A stretch of 64,000 bases of DNA from Phycisphaerae bacterium. GTDB taxonomy: Bacteria > Planctomycetota > Phycisphaerae > UBA1845 > Fen-1342. Location: contig CAXXWX010000015.1 in the NCBI GenBank assembly GCA_963675745.2, positions 352,001 to 416,000 of the forward strand, written 5' to 3'. The position numbers were made by a program, and so were the translations under genes. Below the pieces are notes generated by a model. It saw only the letters and a program-made list of their open reading frames with translations, searched no databases and had not been told where the DNA came from. Positions 60,565 to 64,000 of this stretch are shown here, piece after piece (position 1 is the first letter of the stretch; each line of letters begins with the position of its first letter).

Positions 60565-63500
60565 ATGAGCACAAGATCACTTGCTAACGCTGTCTCGGCG
60601 CTCGCCATCGCGGCGCTGTTTGCGGCGGGTGTCGCCGGCGGCGACGTATGGCTCGCACCCACACCGGATGGCGCACTGGGCGTCAAGGAGATGAGTGCCG
60701 CCGCACCGCCGACCGTGTCGATCCAAAGCCGGGGCACTGCCGGGTTCAGTGCTGCGCTGCGGCTGTCGGGTGTGGAAGCGTTGACCCGCCAGACCAAAGG
60801 GGGTGATTTTGTGGAGCTGAGCTGGCCGGATGCCGCATTCAACGGCGCGGTCGGCGCGCCGCGTGTGCCCGTATGGCGTGAGCTGTTCATCGCCCCGCTC
60901 GATGCGGACGTGCGCTTGTCCGTAAACACCGGCCAACCGGTGACAGGCGATGAGAAGTCGCTGGACCACAACCTGCTCGCTCTGCCGGTGCAACCGTCAA
61001 TCGTCAAGCTGCCCGGTGCGCGCGAGGCGGCGGTTTTTCAGTATGACGTCAAGGCTTACAGCGCGGATGTGGCCCTCCCCGCCCAACGCGCAACCGTCAG
61101 TGAGTTCGGGATCATCCGCGGCCAGCGGGTAATGCTGCTCGAACTCCAACCGGTGGCCTATAACCCCGCAGCCCGGGAGATCACAATCTACCCCAATCTC
61201 TCGGTCGATATTCAGTTCACCGGCGGCACCACGACGCACCAGGGCCTGACACCAATGCCCGGCCTGGAGCGCATCACGCTCAACCCGGAGCTGGTGTCCA
61301 GTGTCAAGCATCGCGGGTCGGGTAACTATCTGATCATCACCGCCGACAGCTTTGCGGCCGGCATCGCGCCGTTTGCCGCCGCGAAACAGGCGCAAGGTTT
61401 CAGCGTCATCACGCACACCGTGACCGACGGCACCGCCAACACCACGATCAAGAGCTATATCGAGGGACTGTGGGGCGGCCCGGATTCGCCGGACTATATT
61501 CTGCTCGTCGGCGACACCGAGTGGATTCCGCATTGGACTGGTGGTGGCGAGGGCAACCCGGCCACCGACCTGCAATACGGGTGCATGGACGGCGCCGGTG
61601 ATTGGGCGCCCGACATCGCGGTCGGCCGCTTCCCGGTGCGCGATACGACGCAGCTCAGCGACGTGATCGCCAAGACGCTGTACTACGAGAACGGCCCGCT
61701 GGCCGATCCGGACTATCTGAAGCGCGCGGTCTTCATGGCCTCGGTGGACAACTACCAGATCACCGAAGGCACGCACAACTACGTCATCGACACGCACATG
61801 GAGCCGAACGAGTACATCTGCGACAAGCTATACCAGGTGACATACGGCGCGGATACTCAGGATGTGCGCGACTCGTTTAACGCCGGCCGCTTCTACGGTA
61901 TATACAGCGGTCACGGCGGAACCTATTCCTGGGCCGACGGACCTCCGTTCGAGCAAAGCGACGTAAACAACCTCACCAACGCCAACATGTATTCGTTCGT
62001 CTGGTCGTTCGCCTGCATCACGGGGACGTACACGGCGAGCGAGTGCTTTATCGAGACGTGGATTCTGGCGCCCAACAAGGCCGCCGTCGCCGCGATCGGT
62101 TCGTCGGTGAACAGCTACTGGACCGAGGATGACATCCTCGAACGCGTGCTGGCCGATGCCCTCTTTGACGCGGAAGACGACGTTCCCAGCGAGGCCGGCC
62201 CGCTCTGGAACGAGGGCCGGGCGCGCTACTTCGATCACTTCGGTGATTCGGCAACGACGCGACGATACTTCGAGATGTACAACCTGATGGGTGATCCGGC
62301 ACTGGCCCTGCCGGGGTCATGCTCTGACGCCGGCACGATTTCGCTGGACGGCAACAAGTACGCCTGCGAAGACACGGCCACGATCCAAGTCGGCGATTGC
62401 GGCCTGAACCTCGACGACAACACCGTCGAGATTGTGATTGTGACCATTACGTCGGATTCAGAGGCCGGCGGCGAGAGCGTCACGCTGACGGAGACCTCGG
62501 CAAGCTCCGCCACGTTCCGCGGGCAGATTGTGCTCAGTGGGACCGACGCGGCGGGTGTTCTGCTCGTCGGCGCGGGTGACACCGTCACGGCGACGTACAT
62601 TGACGCCGATGACGGCCAGGGCGGCACTAACGTCGTCGTCGAGGCCAGCGCGACGGTCGATTGCACACCGCCGGTGATTTCCAATGTCCACGCGGCAGAC
62701 GTGCAGCCGCGCGACGCCACCATAGCCTTTGACACCGACGAGCCAACGCGTGGTACCGTGTACTATGGCATGAGTTGTGCCGTGCTTGATGGCACGGCCG
62801 TGGGTGGCGGCTACAGCGTCAATCCGACAGTCGCCATCGACACCCTCCAGGACGACACCACGTACTACTATGTTGTCGAAGCCGAGGATGAAGCCGGCAA
62901 TGCCGCCATCGATGACAACGGCGGCGCTTGCTACACGTTTACCACGCCGGAGATTCCCGACTTCTTTACCGAGTTGTTCAGCAGCGACAATGATCTGGAC
63001 AACATCAGCCTGCACTTCATCCCGGTCGGCGGATATGAGTTTTACGCCGGCTGTGTGGAGCCGATCACCGTGCTGCCGACCGATCCGGCCACCGGCACGC
63101 CGATCTCGTTGAGCGACGATTCCTACGACACGATCACGCTCACCGGCAGCCCGGTCAGCCTGTACGGCACGACTTACAGCACGTTTTACGTGGGCAGCAA
63201 CGGCTTTATCACCTTCAGCAGCGGCAGCACCAGCACCAGCGAGTCGCTCGAAAATCACTTCAGCCAGCCGCGCATTTCGGGTTTGTACGATGACCTCAAC
63301 CCGGCGTCCGGCGGCACGGTAAGCTGGGAGGAGTTTGCCGACCGCGTGGTGGTCACCTGGCTTAACGTGCTGGAATACAACACGTCGAACGCCAACACCT
63401 TCCAGATCGAGATGTACTTCGACGGGCAGATCACGATCAGCTATCTCGACATAACCATCAGTGACGGTCTGGCGGGCCTCTCGGCCGGCGGTGGCGTGCC

Positions 63501-64000
63501 GCTGGACTTCTTCGAGTCCGACCTGTCGGGTATGGGCAGTTGTGGCCCGCGTCCGCCGAGCGCGTCGAGCGCCGAAGTCAGCACGCCGTCCGACACGCCG
63601 GTGGCGATCACGCTGCAGGCCACCGACGACGGCTTGCCCGATCCGCCGGCGGCGTTGGCGTACATCATCACGGCGCTGCCGACCCACGGCACGCTGAGCG
63701 AACCGGGCGTCGGCACGATCACGTATGTTCCATGGACGCTGACCGCTTCAGTGAACATGGTCGATTACGATCCGGCCGCGTGGTATCTCGGCGGTGACAG
63801 CTTCACGTTCGTTGCCGACGACGGCGGCGTGGCTCCGGATGGCGGCGAGTCAAACACTGCAACCATCTCGATTACCGTCGGCGGCCCGCGCCTGGTTTAT
63901 GACTTCCCGATGGACAGCGACCCCGGCTGGACTACCGAGGGCGAGTGGGCCTTTGGAACGCCTACCGGCGGCGGTTCGCACAGCCTCGACCCCACCAGCG
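60565..64000 (+). CDS. Secreted C25 (gingipain-like) cysteine peptidase with propeptide and accessory beta domains; runs off the window
   Basis: Not in the ORF track (no stop in the window). Hand-translated from ATG 60565: signal peptide, GAPRVP propeptide, NYLIIT, DYILLVGD, DIAVGRFP, catalytic YSGHGG and FACITG, YNLMGDP, then FN3-like, YVGSNGFITF and Ig/cadherin-like segments. Confidence 0.88.
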   Translation, partial: MSTRSLANAVSALAIAALFAAGVAGGDVWLAPTPDGALGVKEMSAAAPPTVSIQSRGTAGFSAALRLSGVEALTRQTKGGDFVELSWPDAAFNGAVGAPRVPVWRELFIAPLDADVRLSVNTGQPVTGDEKSLDHNLLALPVQPSIVKLPGAREAAVFQYDVKAYSADVALPAQRATVSEFGIIRGQRVMLLELQPVAYNPAAREITIYPNLSVDIQFTGGTTTHQGLTPMPGLERITLNPELVSSVKHRGSGNYLIITADSFAAGIAPFAAAKQAQGFSVITHTVTDGTANTTIKSYIEGLWGGPDSPDYILLVGDTEWIPHWTGGGEGNPATDLQYGCMDGAGDWAPDIAVGRFPVRDTTQLSDVIAKTLYYENGPLADPDYLKRAVFMASVDNYQITEGTHNYVIDTHMEPNEYICDKLYQVTYGADTQDVRDSFNAGRFYGIYSGHGGTYSWADGPPFEQSDVNNLTNANMYSFVWSFACITGTYTASECFIETWILAPNKAAVAAIGSSVNSYWTEDDILERVLADALFDAEDDVPSEAGPLWNEGRARYFDHFGDSATTRRYFEMYNLMGDPALALPGSCSDAGTISLDGNKYACEDTATIQVGDCGLNLDDNTVEIVIVTITSDSEAGGESVTLTETSASSATFRGQIVLSGTDAAGVLLVGAGDTVTATYIDADDGQGGTNVVVEASATVDCTPPVISNVHAADVQPRDATIAFDTDEPTRGTVYYGMSCAVLDGTAVGGGYSVNPTVAIDTLQDDTTYYYVVEAEDEAGNAAIDDNGGACYTFTTPEIPDFFTELFSSDNDLDNISLHFIPVGGYEFYAGCVEPITVLPTDPATGTPISLSDDSYDTITLTGSPVSLYGTTYSTFYVGSNGFITFSSGSTSTSESLENHFSQPRISGLYDDLNPASGGTVSWEEFADRVVVTWLNVLEYNTSNANTFQIEMYFDGQITISYLDITISDGLAGLSAGGGVPLDFFESDLSGMGSCGPRPPSASSAEVSTPSDTPVAITLQATDDGLPDPPAALAYIITALPTHGTLSEPGVGTITYVPWTLTASVNMVDYDPAAWYLGGDSFTFVADDGGVAPDGGESNTATISITVGGPRLVYDFPMDSDPGWTTEGEWAFGTPTGGGSHSLDPTS

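Noticed and set aside
62458..63687. Long minus-strand ORFs opposite the C25 gene (also 17447-18655, 16157-17134, 58218-59189 and similar)
   Set aside because: Antisense shadows of high-GC coding genes with no motifs of their own.

Overview
High-GC bacterial chromosomal window, most consistent with Planctomycetota, probably Phycisphaerae. This is inferred from the GDLNCDGxVNxxDIDxF dockerin-like repeats, an ECF sigma/Ser-Thr kinase module and several sulfatase-like genes. Housekeeping and metabolic genes are holB (partial), tmk, pgi, manC, rho, coaE, clpX, fliM, rdgB, rph, rplU, aceE, speB, a pyruvoyl arginine decarboxylase, a frameshifted tryptophanase, a KamA-family radical SAM enzyme and a PLP decarboxylase. 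The most interesting accessory features are: (1) an overlapping three-gene cassette, TIGR04255-like + unknown + possible ADP-ribosyltransferase-fold protein, resembling a toxin-antitoxin-chaperone/defence module; (2) a metal-permease::HflK fusion followed by HflC and a second HflK; (3) four sulfatase-like hydrolases with Thr instead of Cys/Ser at the catalytic position; (4) a 35-bp duplication of a J-domain gene 3' end bracketing a 1.1-kb islet; (5) a GGA-rich candidate sRNA with an intrinsic terminator; (6) a QIPLF clamp-binding-like insert in Tmk; and (7) repeated TANNNT-N6-8-ATG leaderless start architecture. I saw no rRNA, tRNA, CRISPR array or intact transposase/integrase. All family calls come from motif recognition by eye, not database searches.
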